Source: Candidatus Latescibacterota bacterium
GTDB lineage: Bacteria; Latescibacterota; UBA2968; UBA8231
Length of the DNA stretch: 64,000 bases
Assembly: GCA_964291625.2 (NCBI GenBank)
Contig: OZ220089.1
Span: 352,001 to 416,000 of the forward strand
Direction: 5' to 3'
The position numbers and the translations under genes are program-made. The first letter of the stretch is position 1. Every line of letters starts with the position of its first letter. The notes beneath the pieces were generated by a model. That model did no database searches, was not told where the DNA came from, and was given only the letters and a program-made list of their open reading frames with translations. Of this stretch, positions 8,363 to 18,840 are shown in pieces.

Positions 8363-11173
8363 TCATTCATCGAAGCCCAGGATGACCCGCAGGAAGGCCG
8401 AGGCGATGTCGAGGTCCTCCCTCTGCCGGGCGGGATCGCCGTACTGGCGCCGGGTCCACTTCACCCCCAGGTTGGTGGCGATGTTGTACCCGAAGTAGGG
8501 GGACCGGTTCGTCAGCTGCACCACCCGCACCACCTCCTCGTAGCTGTCGCGGCCGTCGGCCAGGTCCTCCTTGCGCAGGGGCAGGCCCGGCAGCCCCTGG
8601 GTGCCGAGCCACAGGTAGGTGCGCGGCGTGATGTGACAGGAGGCCTTGAGGATCGGTATCAGGGTCCACTCGTCAGCGAGGTCCACGGCCAGACTCTCCC
8701 GGGTCCTTCGCAGGACCAGTCCCTTGCCCTGGGCGATCAGCTGCCAGCGGTCCGACAGCTCCCTCACGTACTCGGCCCGGGCCACCATCGTCAGGCGGGT
8801 GATGGTGTCGGCAACCTGGTCGCTGCCGTCGGACAGGGTCGCCTCCTGCTGCTCGTTGACCGCATAGCGCAGGTTGCCGCCGAGTCGCAGGCCGGGGGCG
8901 GCGGTCAGGTCGGCCTCGACGTAGTGCTGCCGGTCCAGGCTGTCGCGATACTCCAGCTGGTCCGTCAGCCGGGTGGGGGCGTACGTGGGCCAGTGCTCGT
9001 GCCCGCCCAGGACCTCGCCATAGGTGATGTAGTTGTCGACGATGTCGTCATGGACCCGCTGCAGGCGGGTCTCGGCCCAGACCGAACCCCACCGGGGGTT
9101 GTGGCGGCGGAAGGTGACCACGCCGTAGGTGCTCTCGTTGCGGGCGCCGCTGACGATCCCCTCCGCCCGCAGACGGCCCGCGGTGAGGCGGACGCCGCCG
9201 GGCAGGTGCAGCACCCCGAAGGCGTGGTGCCCGCTCTGATCCAGCTCGTACGGGTAGTCCGAGTCCAGGTCGTCCTCGCGGTGGTCGGCGATCCCGTTGT
9301 TGTTGGCGTCCCGGCCATAGGCATACTCTTCCGGCTCCACGTCGTACAGCAGGAACGCCTCCAGGTAGTCGGGCACCTGGTTGCCGTTGCGGTTGGTGTC
9401 CGGAATCCGGTCGTTGTCCCGGTCGTTGCCCGGAAAGACCCCGTCCGGGTCGTAGGGGATCGTCGTGTAGTGGGGACTCGGCCGATGCCCGTGGCCGATG
9501 TCGGGATAGCGATCGTCGTCGTCGTTGTCCTGCACGAAGCCGCTGTCGTACTCCTCGGCGATCGAGAACAGCTCCCCCCCTGCCTCCACCCGGCCCCGGC
9601 GCCAGCGCCCGTTCACGTAGTACGCGCCCGCGTCCGTGCTGCTGCGCGCCCCGTTCCAGCGGCGGATGCCCCTCACCTCCCGATCCTCGCGGTACCCCGG
9701 CCGGCCGTCGGGAAACTCCCGGAACTCCACGTTGCGGGCGTACTCCCAGCGCACCTCGGCGTCGCCCCACTCCCAGGACCCGTTGAGCCCCCACAGGGCG
9801 CGGCCCGTCCACTCCCCCAGGTCCAGGCGCACCCACTCCAGGTTCGACATGTCCTGCACGTTGCCCCGGGACCGGAGGACGGCGGTCACCCCCGGCGTCT
9901 CCTTCCTCTCGAGGTAGCCGCTCGTGGAGACGAGGGTGTTGCCGCCCACGCGGTAGTGGAACTCGTACTCCTCCACCGCCGGCGCCGAGACGAACAGCGG
10001 CAGCACCTCGACCCGGTAGTCGTTGCCCACCAGCGCCTCCACCTGCACCTGCCGGACGAAGGGCTCCTGGCTCACGTCGAAGATGGCGATGATCTGCTCA
10101 TGGCCGTCGGCGCGATGGCCCGGAACGTCGGGCAGGGCCTCCACCCAGCGCAGCAGCTCCTCCAGGTTGACCTTGTCCGACACGTCCTCGCCCTGCAGGT
10201 GATCGCGCAGGTAGAGCAGGTCCGCGAAGCGCGTGCCCTGATCCAGGTAGACCGCCCGCCGGAACTGTCCGGAGAGCCGGTTCGTCGTGCCCACCGCCGT
10301 TGGATTCTGGCCGTTGATGCGGGCCAGGAAGGGCCGCAGGTCCGGCCGGTCCTCGCCGTTGATCTTCAGACGCACCTCCGATACCAGGGCGCCGGCCTGC
10401 AGGTCCTCCGGCGAATCGTCGGAGAACCGAACCAGGTAGCCCACGGGCAGCACCTGCTCGGCCTGCAGCCCGCCGCGCAGATCGAAGCTCTCCTGCTCGG
10501 CGTCGAAGATGTGGAAGTTCACCCCCGTGGCCCCCAGGGTCAGCGCTCCCAGCTCGACGTCGCCGTGGGCCCCCAGGAGCATCGCCGAGCTGCGGATCTC
10601 GGCGGCCGAGTCCCAGTGGTGCCAGGTGGGACCGCCGCCGTAGCGGCTGTCGGCGAAGGGCCCGGTGTAGCGCTGTCCGATGACGGCCACCCGGGTGTTG
10701 CCCACCTGGGTGTCCAGGCGGATGCCGTCGTATCCCGGCAGGGCCAGCGTCAACGGCGTGAAGAGGGTGCGGATCTCCTCCCCGTAGATCAGGCTCGCCG
10801 CCCACCGGGAGTGCGACTCCCGGGCCACCAGGTTGCGCTCGAAGCGACCGAAACGGGGGAGGGTGCGGAAGGACTTGGGCAGGGCCGACGTCGTCGTCGA
10901 CCGGGTCTCCCGCCACTCGTACACGTCGTAACCCTGAATCAGGAAGTTGCCCAGAGGACCGTAGTAGTTTCGCCGCGAGAACCGGGTGAACTCCGGCAGG
11001 GTGTAGTCCTCGAAGCCGTAGTTGAGGTAGGAGGGATCCGACCGGTAGAGGAAGGAGCGGCCCGAGACGTCCTGGGCGAAGCCGAGATGCGGGTCCTCGG
11101 CCCCCGCCCGACCCGGGTCCCCCCAGGCCGGCACGAAGACCAGCGTCCAGACCGCGAGCCTCGCCCGTCTCAT
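8363..11173 (-). CDS. Uncharacterised exported protein, paralogue A (putative outer-membrane protein with TSP3-like Asp-rich motifs)
   Basis: 936 aa, signal-like N-terminus, DNDDDDRYPD, GVFPGNDRDNDRIPD and DANNNGIADHREDD motifs, amphipathic beta-strand-like C-terminal region. ATGA overlap with the upstream gene. Confidence 0.8.
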   Translation of the reverse strand: MRRARLAVWTLVFVPAWGDPGRAGAEDPHLGFAQDVSGRSFLYRSDPSYLNYGFEDYTLPEFTRFSRRNYYGPLGNFLIQGYDVYEWRETRSTTTSALPKSFRTLPRFGRFERNLVARESHSRWAASLIYGEEIRTLFTPLTLALPGYDGIRLDTQVGNTRVAVIGQRYTGPFADSRYGGGPTWHHWDSAAEIRSSAMLLGAHGDVELGALTLGATGVNFHIFDAEQESFDLRGGLQAEQVLPVGYLVRFSDDSPEDLQAGALVSEVRLKINGEDRPDLRPFLARINGQNPTAVGTTNRLSGQFRRAVYLDQGTRFADLLYLRDHLQGEDVSDKVNLEELLRWVEALPDVPGHRADGHEQIIAIFDVSQEPFVRQVQVEALVGNDYRVEVLPLFVSAPAVEEYEFHYRVGGNTLVSTSGYLERKETPGVTAVLRSRGNVQDMSNLEWVRLDLGEWTGRALWGLNGSWEWGDAEVRWEYARNVEFREFPDGRPGYREDREVRGIRRWNGARSSTDAGAYYVNGRWRRGRVEAGGELFSIAEEYDSGFVQDNDDDDRYPDIGHGHRPSPHYTTIPYDPDGVFPGNDRDNDRIPDTNRNGNQVPDYLEAFLLYDVEPEEYAYGRDANNNGIADHREDDLDSDYPYELDQSGHHAFGVLHLPGGVRLTAGRLRAEGIVSGARNESTYGVVTFRRHNPRWGSVWAETRLQRVHDDIVDNYITYGEVLGGHEHWPTYAPTRLTDQLEYRDSLDRQHYVEADLTAAPGLRLGGNLRYAVNEQQEATLSDGSDQVADTITRLTMVARAEYVRELSDRWQLIAQGKGLVLRRTRESLAVDLADEWTLIPILKASCHITPRTYLWLGTQGLPGLPLRKEDLADGRDSYEEVVRVVQLTNRSPYFGYNIATNLGVKWTRRQYGDPARQREDLDIASAFLRVILGFDE

Positions 11174-13884
11174 CCCTGGAAGGGCTCCAGTCCCAGCAGC
11201 AGGCGGACGAAGAGCAGAGAGCGCTCGACATCGAGCTGCTTCCGGCTCCTGGTCTCGAATCGAAGGGTCTTGGCGAGGTATCCCGCGTTCAGGGTCAGGT
11301 AGTAGCCTTCGTACGTGGTGCGGTTGGTGATGGAGATGATGTAGTCCCTGCTGCCGTAGTCGACCTGGTGGTTGATCAGGTTCCTGTAGGTGCTGGACAG
11401 AAAGGGGAAACCCTGGGCGCCCGCGCTCAGGCTCGTCTGGGGTGACAGGGCGACGGTGGCCACCACCATGGGATAGAAGTAGCGCTCGGAGACGGGATGG
11501 ACATGGAAGTCACCGCCCTGCCGCCGGTAGGCCATGTACTTGGCCCTGGGGGTGACCGTCCACCGGTCCCTCTTCCAGGTGTAGCCGCTGCGCAGGACCC
11601 ACGCCCACTCCTGGATCGTGTCGGCGGGCTGGAAGGCGGAGGCCCGCTGGAGATTGACCGTGTGCTTGAGACGGCTGTTGATCTCCAGGCCCTTCACCCG
11701 GATGAAGGTGGCGTCGAGGTGAGCCGTGTTGACGAAGCTGTTCCTCATCAGCAGCGGGTCTTCGACCTGCGTCAGACCCTGGACGCTCGCCGTCGAGGTG
11801 GGATCGATCGGCAGCCCGTGGGGCGTGAAGAAACCGAACTGGGGCGAATCGTCGGCGATGTCGTCATGGACCCGCTTGAGGAAGTTGGAGAAGTCGATCG
11901 AGGCATGGGGAAAGAGGGTGCGCCGGTAGTTCAGGCGCACATAGTTGACGCGGTTCTCGCCCGGCCCCCAGATCTCGCGGACATGGTAGCGCCCCACGCT
12001 CAGGTCCAGGGCCTGCACCGGCTCGATGGCGCCGAACAGGTGATACCCCTTCCTGTCCGTCGGATAGGGGTAGTCGGGCCGGAAGTCGTCCTCGCGGTGA
12101 TCGATGACCCCGTTGTTGTTCATGTCGTCGCCGTAGTCGTACTCCAGGGGATCGACATTGTAGAGCAGGAAGGGCTCGTTGTAGTCGGGCTCGGCGTTGC
12201 CGTTCTCGTTCACGTCGGTGCGGCCGTCCTGGTCGCGGTCGAGGCCCGGGAAGACGCCGTCCCCATCGCCGAAGCTCTTGTTGAGGAAGTGGAAGTCGGG
12301 CCACAGGTCCTTGTCGTCGTTGTCGTCCACCGTGTCGAGAATGACGGTGTCGTTGTACCTGTCCTGCCAGTTGGGAGCGACCTCCCCGAGGAAGGGACTG
12401 CCGAGGTCATCGGAGTAGGTCCAGTATTCCCGGCTCTGGACGGAGAGGGATGTGCCGTACAGGGGATCCATCCGGAAGAGCTCTCCCGCCAGGTGGAACC
12501 AACCGAGCTGCTTCCTGGCGTGGACGAAGAAGGCATCCGCCGTCTCCCGGTGCCAGCGGCTCCGTCCGATCGTGCTCGGATACTGGAGGTAGTTGAAGCT
12601 GCGGGCGTACTCGCCGCGCACCTCGAGTCCCTCCCGCTCCAGCTCCAGGCGCAGGCTGCCCGTGGTACGGCCGCTCTGTCGGCCGTACTCGAAGGAGACG
12701 CGGCGCAGATTGCCCAGGTCCCCCACGTTCCCCACCTGGGACGCCACGTCGCGGAAGAAGGTGGCCCGCACGACCCGGAGATCCGGGTTGCTGGTGGTGG
12801 CCGCCGCGGCGGGCAGGAAGACCTCGGACAGACTGATGCGGTAGTCGTTGGCCACCATGGCGTTGAATCGAAGGGACTCGACCTCGTCGCGCATCTCCTG
12901 GGGGATCTTGAACCAGTAGATGAGGTACTCGGTGCCGTTGGCCTCCAGGAAGCCCTGGGCGCCGGGGTCCTCAAGGGGCAGGTCCCCCTTGAGGAACTCG
13001 ATGTAGGGGGGAATCGTGAAGCCCGGCCGGAAGGCCCTGTCCCCGTTCGGAAAGTGTGGATTCACCACGTCGGCGTCGTGGCGCGTCACGCTGACTTCCA
13101 CGAGCTCGTTGAGAGGGCCCTCGACGCGAACATCGTAAACCCGCGCGCCACGTCCATCGTCCTCCGAGCCATCGCTGATCTTGACGGCCAGATAGGCGGG
13201 CGGGTTCTTCCGCCGCGAGGGCAGCACCCCCTTGAGGCTGTTGTCGCCAAAGCCGACGAAGCTGTCGGTGCGCAGGAGGTTGGCGTAGGAGAGGCTCACC
13301 CTCAGGGCTCCCGCCCTGTGCGCGAGGTGACCGCCCAGCAGGTAGGTGGGCTCGTTCGTCAACTGGTGGAAGTCGTTGTCGTCGTCGTTGTAGATCGGCC
13401 AGTCGAAGCGCGACGACACGGCGGTGGCCTGCGTGCCTCCGAGATCCACGTCCCAGCGGATCCCGTTCAGCTGGGCCAAGTCCAGGGTCAGGGGAGTGAA
13501 CTTGGTCCGTATCCGGTTCCCCACCATCAGCCGGCTGGCCCAGCTCTTGTGGGTATCGTGGGCGACGACGAGGTTGCCCACGAGGGCCCGGAACTGGGGG
13601 TCCTTGTTCAACAGGCTCCCGGGATCCCGCTCCATGGGCCGCGTCTCCTGGCTGCGCCAGACTTCGGTGCCGTCGAGGAGGAAGTTGCCCAGCTCGTCGA
13701 AGACGGGAGCCCGGATCTGCGACCACAGAGAGGCCGTGTACTCCCTGTACCCGGAGCGCGCGTAGTATTGCTCGTAGTCGCGGACCGGCTCGTAGAGGAG
13801 CTGGCTCTCCCCGGGTGCCGAGGAGAGTACCAGCCAGGCCCCCAGGAGAGCAGCAGCGAGACCAGGACGTTTGTGCACCGTCAT
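11170..13884 (-). CDS. Uncharacterised exported protein, paralogue B (same family)
   Basis: Start reassigned to ATG 13884 (MTVHKRPGLAAALLGAWLVLSSAPGESQ, a signal peptide), 2 nt after the upstream stop. Shares FTPLTL, GIRWD, LLGGH, DDNDDKDLWPD, GVFPGLDRDQDG and NNNGVIDHREDD motifs. Confidence 0.8.
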   Translation of the reverse strand: MTVHKRPGLAAALLGAWLVLSSAPGESQLLYEPVRDYEQYYARSGYREYTASLWSQIRAPVFDELGNFLLDGTEVWRSQETRPMERDPGSLLNKDPQFRALVGNLVVAHDTHKSWASRLMVGNRIRTKFTPLTLDLAQLNGIRWDVDLGGTQATAVSSRFDWPIYNDDDNDFHQLTNEPTYLLGGHLAHRAGALRVSLSYANLLRTDSFVGFGDNSLKGVLPSRRKNPPAYLAVKISDGSEDDGRGARVYDVRVEGPLNELVEVSVTRHDADVVNPHFPNGDRAFRPGFTIPPYIEFLKGDLPLEDPGAQGFLEANGTEYLIYWFKIPQEMRDEVESLRFNAMVANDYRISLSEVFLPAAAATTSNPDLRVVRATFFRDVASQVGNVGDLGNLRRVSFEYGRQSGRTTGSLRLELEREGLEVRGEYARSFNYLQYPSTIGRSRWHRETADAFFVHARKQLGWFHLAGELFRMDPLYGTSLSVQSREYWTYSDDLGSPFLGEVAPNWQDRYNDTVILDTVDDNDDKDLWPDFHFLNKSFGDGDGVFPGLDRDQDGRTDVNENGNAEPDYNEPFLLYNVDPLEYDYGDDMNNNGVIDHREDDFRPDYPYPTDRKGYHLFGAIEPVQALDLSVGRYHVREIWGPGENRVNYVRLNYRRTLFPHASIDFSNFLKRVHDDIADDSPQFGFFTPHGLPIDPTSTASVQGLTQVEDPLLMRNSFVNTAHLDATFIRVKGLEINSRLKHTVNLQRASAFQPADTIQEWAWVLRSGYTWKRDRWTVTPRAKYMAYRRQGGDFHVHPVSERYFYPMVVATVALSPQTSLSAGAQGFPFLSSTYRNLINHQVDYGSRDYIISITNRTTYEGYYLTLNAGYLAKTLRFETRSRKQLDVERSLLFVRLLLGLEPFQG

Positions 13885-13886
13885 GG

Positions 13887-16739
13887 CTACAGGATCCGAG
13901 CCTGGATGAAGAACTCGCTGAGCCGCTGGACCCGCCGGCTCGGCAGGTTGACGAACTCGGAGCGGCTGGAACGGAATCCGAGGTTCGTGCTCACGTCGTA
14001 GCCGGTGTAGTTGCTCAGGTTCTGGATGAGGACGATCCAGTGCCGGGCGTCGAAATCCCTTGACGGCGCCTTGGCCTCGCGGAACCGGTGGAGCCACGGC
14101 AGTCCCTGCACGCCCGCGCGAAGAGTCGTGTCCTCACTCAGCGCGTAGTCGGCCCGCAGAATGGGGATGATCTCGTGGCTCTCCAGGGGCATGAGGAGAT
14201 CACCCGGCGCCGTCCTCCGCCGCAGGGTGAACTTCACCATCGGACTCAGAGTCAGCCTGCCTCTGACATGGGCGTAATCGGCCTTGCTCACCAGGCTCCA
14301 GTCGAGGATGTCGTCCCCCAGTCCCGGCCGGCTGTCCCTGCGGTTGTTCCACTCGACCTTGGCTGCCTGGATGAGGTTCAGTCCCTCGACGCCGGTGTAG
14401 TGGCCCTTGGCGAAGAGGGTGCTCACGAGGCTGTTTTCCATCAGCATGAGATCGGGCCGCGGACGGATGGCGACATTGACCTGGGTCTGGGGCTCGATCA
14501 CCGCCTCGAAGAGTGGGTTGGGTATGTCGTCGCGTACCCGCTTGAGACGCCAGCGGGCGATGAATCGCCCCGCTTCGCTCCCTTCCGCCGTGTAACCGAG
14601 CTCTCCATAGGTCACCTCGTTTCGGCCTGCCGCCGCTCGCTGCCGGACCCGGTACCGCCCGAGGCGCAGCCCTGCTCTCTCGAAGGGTTGCACCGAGGCA
14701 AAGCCGTGGTAGCCCCGACTGTCCAGGTCATAGGGGAGGTCCGCCTTGTTGTCGTTCTCGCGCACGTCGACCACGCCGTTGTTGTTGAAGTCCTCCCCGT
14801 ACACGAAGTCGTCGGGTTCGACGTAGTACATGAGGAAGGGCTCGAGATAGTCCGGGTACTGGTTGCGGTTGACGTTGGTGTCCACCACCCCGTCCTCGTC
14901 CTGATCCAGGCCCGGGAAGACCCCGTGCCCGCCGCCCAGGCCGTACTCCCCGGCCGCATCGGGCCGGATGGCGTCCACGTCGATCCCCGAGGCGTTGGCA
15001 TAGGCTATGTAGACGGGGTCCAGAGGGTCCCAGTGTTCCACCTTGTCCGGCCACTCGTCGCCGTCGTCGTTGTCCTCCACCAGGTCCCACCCCAGGACGG
15101 CCTGCTGGCCCTCGGACCACACGGGCAACGAGACCTGGTAGGTCGGAGGGACGTGGAAGATCTCCAACCCCACGTCCCCCAGGGACCACTCCTGCAGGAG
15201 ACGCACGTACCACGCGTTCGTGGCGCGGTTCTCCCGTCGCCCCAGGAAGGGGAACCGGGCGTGCTGGACGTTGCTGATGTACTCCGCCTCCAGGTTGGCC
15301 CCGCCGATCTTCGCCTCCACCGTGCTGCCGAACTGGACCAGACCCGTGGGGAAGCCGTAGTCGACGGTGACCCAGCCCATGTTGGACCCGTCCTGCACGT
15401 TCCCCGGCGCCCGCTTGACGTTGTGCCAGTCGCTCCAGAGCGACGTGCCGCCGCCGAAGAAGCCATAGGCGGCGCCCACGTCCAGGCTGTAGTCCCCCGA
15501 CACCTGCACCCGGAACCGCAGGCTCTGCGGATCACCGGGCACCTCGTAGCGCAGTACCAGCAGGTCCGTGCCGCCCACCTGGAGGGGGAAGGGCTCCTCC
15601 ATGGGGATGCCCTCCCTGGCGAAGAGTCCCGAACGCTCGACGAAGATCCGGTCGGCGTTGAAGATCCGCGGGGCCCACGCTCCGTCCCGGCGGATGTGGG
15701 GAACCTCGCTCACCTCCACGACCTGGGGGATCAGCTTCACCTCGGGATCCACGTCCAGCCGCTGCTGACCGGCGTACAGCTCCACGGCGTACACATCGAC
15801 ACCGTGCTCATCCTCCGGCGAGTCGTCGCTGATGACCAGGTAGAAGGAGGAGGTGCCGGTCAGACGGGAAGGGACATCCCCGCGGAGGCTCGTGTTCCGC
15901 TGGGCCGCATCCTGCAGGTGTAGGTTCACGTAGGATGCGCCGAAGGTCAGGATGTCGCCGAACTGGCTGCTCCAGTGGCCGCCGAAGAGGTAGTGGGTGA
16001 AGTGACGGTCACCCGTCAGCGGCCGGGGCACGCGGGACGAGATCAGGGAGAAGCTGTTGCGGTGGGAGGACGCGTCCCAGCGGAGCCCCTCCAGACGGGA
16101 GAGGTTCAGGGTCAGCGGAGTGAACCGGCCGTCGAGGAGGTTGCCGATCATGAACCGGGTGGACCAGCCCCCGAAGGCGTCACGGAGGATCACCATGTTG
16201 CGGAACCGGCCCAGGCCCCAACCCGGCACCCTGCTGCTGCGCGCGGGGTCCAGGGTGCCGTACTCCTCGATCCGCAGGATCTCCACGCCGTCGACCAGGT
16301 AGGAACCGAAGGGATCGTAGGTGGGACGCTCGGGGCGGAATCCGTAGTCCCGGTAGCTGAGGAAGCTGTAGTTCTCGTAGCGCTCGTCCCAGAGCGGACG
16401 CAGCTCACGGTTGAGGAAGTCCTGCTGGCCCGACCAGTAGTCCTCGGGGGAACGCTGCGCCAGGCAGGGCTCGGCCAGACTGCCCGCCAGCACCGACAGG
16501 GCAAGACCTGCCACGGCCGCGCGCACTCTGCGGCCAGCGCATCCGGCGGCGGGCCACCGGCCGGCGCGGGGGCCGCCGGCGATCAGGTGGCCCGCATGGA
16601 GCTGGAGCCGATGGAAAGGACCGTCCCGGAGCCGGGACGCGGCCCGGTGCCCAACCTGGGTGCCAATCTCAAGGACAGGCGCAACCCCTCCGGGCCCATC
16701 ACCCGTGCCGTTCGTCGTCTCGGAGGCCTCGGTTGGCAA
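13887..16739 (-). CDS. Uncharacterised exported protein, paralogue C (same family); true start may be GTG 16526
   Basis: Same motif set (FTPLTL, GLRWD, LFGGH, SDDSPED, GNVQDGSN, DNDDGDEWPD, GVFPGLDQDEDG, NNNGVVDVREND). The signal peptide VRAAVAGLALSVLAGSLAEPCLAQ begins at 16526. Confidence 0.75.
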   Translation of the reverse strand: MPTEASETTNGTGDGPGGVAPVLEIGTQVGHRAASRLRDGPFHRLQLHAGHLIAGGPRAGRWPAAGCAGRRVRAAVAGLALSVLAGSLAEPCLAQRSPEDYWSGQQDFLNRELRPLWDERYENYSFLSYRDYGFRPERPTYDPFGSYLVDGVEILRIEEYGTLDPARSSRVPGWGLGRFRNMVILRDAFGGWSTRFMIGNLLDGRFTPLTLNLSRLEGLRWDASSHRNSFSLISSRVPRPLTGDRHFTHYLFGGHWSSQFGDILTFGASYVNLHLQDAAQRNTSLRGDVPSRLTGTSSFYLVISDDSPEDEHGVDVYAVELYAGQQRLDVDPEVKLIPQVVEVSEVPHIRRDGAWAPRIFNADRIFVERSGLFAREGIPMEEPFPLQVGGTDLLVLRYEVPGDPQSLRFRVQVSGDYSLDVGAAYGFFGGGTSLWSDWHNVKRAPGNVQDGSNMGWVTVDYGFPTGLVQFGSTVEAKIGGANLEAEYISNVQHARFPFLGRRENRATNAWYVRLLQEWSLGDVGLEIFHVPPTYQVSLPVWSEGQQAVLGWDLVEDNDDGDEWPDKVEHWDPLDPVYIAYANASGIDVDAIRPDAAGEYGLGGGHGVFPGLDQDEDGVVDTNVNRNQYPDYLEPFLMYYVEPDDFVYGEDFNNNGVVDVRENDNKADLPYDLDSRGYHGFASVQPFERAGLRLGRYRVRQRAAAGRNEVTYGELGYTAEGSEAGRFIARWRLKRVRDDIPNPLFEAVIEPQTQVNVAIRPRPDLMLMENSLVSTLFAKGHYTGVEGLNLIQAAKVEWNNRRDSRPGLGDDILDWSLVSKADYAHVRGRLTLSPMVKFTLRRRTAPGDLLMPLESHEIIPILRADYALSEDTTLRAGVQGLPWLHRFREAKAPSRDFDARHWIVLIQNLSNYTGYDVSTNLGFRSSRSEFVNLPSRRVQRLSEFFIQARIL

Positions 16740-16746
16740 GTTGCTC

Positions 16747-18813
16747 TCAGTAAACCACCCCTACGACGCCAGTGGCGGTTTCGGTCCCGGCATCGAGCTC
16801 CACCTGGACGCGGTAGATGTAGTTGCCCGGCGGCACGAGCCGGCCCTCGTCGTCCCTGCCGTCCCAGTATCCGGGGACGATGCCTCGGGCCCCGCTGACG
16901 AGGCGCAGGTAGACGCCGGCCGCCAGGGGGGCCGGCTTCAGATCGCGCACCAGAGTGCCCCGGAGGTCGAAGATGCGCACTCCCAGGTCGCGGGGCGTGT
17001 CGACCTTGCTGAGAATCAACTCGATGACGGTGTCGTCGTTGATGTCGTCGCCGTTGGGTGTGAAGACGGAGGGATTCGCGCGGACCCTCGACAGGGCATT
17101 CTCGGTGGAGGTCGTGGGGACCACCGCCCAGGAGAAGAGCTCGCCCGTGCTCTCGTCCATACCGACGCTCTCGGCCACGTTGACGGGGTTGTCCGAACCC
17201 GGGCTGAAGAGGAACATGCGGAACTCGTGGCTGTTCGCATGGGAGCGGGCCCGAAAGGGTATCTGCAGCTGGTCGATGTCGCGAAGCGGCTCGGTAAAGG
17301 CGAGTTCCAGCGCATCCTGGGTGGAGGTCCAGTCCGCCAGAATCCCCTGGAGCCGACCGTCGTCGACCAGCCGGGCCTCGCTGGGGACGGCGATGAGCAG
17401 CCGCTCGATCCCCGCGTCTTCGGGGGCAAAGACCAGGTGCAGGGTGCACACGAAGAGGGTGTCCGCGCCCATTGAGACCCGGTTGGGCGCAACCCTGGAA
17501 TGGGCGCCCGAAACGGCGAGTTCCTCGATGGTGTAGTCCAGCTCCAGGCTGTGCAGCGCCGGCGTGCGCCGCTGATCCCTGGACTCCAGGGAAACCCGGT
17601 ACTGGAGCCAGGCCCCCGGCTCCGAAGCGGGGAACCAGACGTCTCCACTCGACAAGGGACTGCTCCAACCGCGCCCGGGATCCTCGAAGTCCTCCGTCGA
17701 GTTCCCCGTCCGGAACTGGACGAAGAGATCGGTGCGCACGGGGACCTCCGCATCCCAGCGGACCCGGCCGAAGTTCTTGGCCTGGCCGGGCGCGCCAAGG
17801 GAGAGGGGCTCGGAGAGATAGGTGCCCTCATCGGTGTACCCGTCTCCGTAGACCTCCACCTCGGCGACCTTGGGCGGGCTCACCGAGTTGATGTCGACGA
17901 TCACGATACGCACATACCGGGTCCAGACCGGTGTGAAACGCACCTCCGTCCAGTCGAACTTCTCGATATCGTGTCTGACGCCCACTTCGGTCCAGCGGAC
18001 CTGGTCGTCGCTGACCTGTACCGAGTAGCCCCTGAGCGAATTCTCCTCCAACTGGCCAGGATTGCTCCCTCTTGTGACGACGCGGACGCTGCTGACGTTG
18101 CGCCTCACCTGCAGGTCGACGCTGGCCGAGTAGTTGAGGGCCGAGGTCGGGGGGTCCCAGGAGGTGTTCAGCTTCCCGTCCACGACCTCCTTGCGGTTGC
18201 TCGGTTTGTCCAGGGCCAGATTCCGGCCGCGAATCTGACTCAGAACCAGGCTTCCCTGCCGGGTGCCCACATCGATCCCCGCCTCGAACCCGGAGACGAC
18301 CTCGATCTCCGGGTCGAGCAGGTCCTGGATCCGGGCGCGCTCGACCGATCCCTGCTGTACGGTCTGCCACGCGGCATCATCCTCGGGATCTGCCGTCGTC
18401 CACTCCAGGCCCTGCTGCTCCGCGGCGGTCCAGTACCATCCCTGCACCACCTGGTTCGTGGTCGTCTCGATGCGGTACTCGTCGGTGACCACCGCGGCGA
18501 TCAGGCCGTTGCCGCCGCCGCCGCCGCGGTTGACGACCTTCACGGCGATGTCATTCCCCGACTTGCCGTCCTGGACCTCGATGGCATAGGCCTGCATCCG
18601 GGTACCGAGGGAATCCCCGCCGAGGAGCACGCCGTTGAAGTAGACCTCGTAGCTGTCCACGGCGGCTACGTGGAGCTGGCCCTCGAGAGGGGCCTCGGAA
18701 ACGAAGTTGGTACGGAAGTAGGAGGTGCTGCGCCACGAACTCTGCTCCCACGTCTGCGCGGTCGCCGCAGCCGTGCAGCAGAGCACGATCAGGGAGGTGA
18801 AGCGGATAGACAT
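16747..18813 (-). CDS. Secreted protein with F5/8 type C (discoidin/CBM32-like) domain and C-terminal FlgD-Ig / gliding-motility-associated CTD
   Basis: Signal peptide MSIRFTSLIVLCCTAAATAQ from ATG 18813. NLALDKP...VVDGKLNTSW...YSVQVSDDQVRW...TRYVRIVI...VAEVEVYG is discoidin-like. FTPNGDDINDD...IFDLRGTLVR...WDGRDDEGRLVPPGNYIY is FlgD-Ig/CHU_C-like. Confidence 0.85.
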   Translation of the reverse strand: MSIRFTSLIVLCCTAAATAQTWEQSSWRSTSYFRTNFVSEAPLEGQLHVAAVDSYEVYFNGVLLGGDSLGTRMQAYAIEVQDGKSGNDIAVKVVNRGGGGGNGLIAAVVTDEYRIETTTNQVVQGWYWTAAEQQGLEWTTADPEDDAAWQTVQQGSVERARIQDLLDPEIEVVSGFEAGIDVGTRQGSLVLSQIRGRNLALDKPSNRKEVVDGKLNTSWDPPTSALNYSASVDLQVRRNVSSVRVVTRGSNPGQLEENSLRGYSVQVSDDQVRWTEVGVRHDIEKFDWTEVRFTPVWTRYVRIVIVDINSVSPPKVAEVEVYGDGYTDEGTYLSEPLSLGAPGQAKNFGRVRWDAEVPVRTDLFVQFRTGNSTEDFEDPGRGWSSPLSSGDVWFPASEPGAWLQYRVSLESRDQRRTPALHSLELDYTIEELAVSGAHSRVAPNRVSMGADTLFVCTLHLVFAPEDAGIERLLIAVPSEARLVDDGRLQGILADWTSTQDALELAFTEPLRDIDQLQIPFRARSHANSHEFRMFLFSPGSDNPVNVAESVGMDESTGELFSWAVVPTTSTENALSRVRANPSVFTPNGDDINDDTVIELILSKVDTPRDLGVRIFDLRGTLVRDLKPAPLAAGVYLRLVSGARGIVPGYWDGRDDEGRLVPPGNYIYRVQVELDAGTETATGVVGVVY

Positions 18814-18840
18814 CAGGAGGTTTCCCCTGCCGATAGAAAC

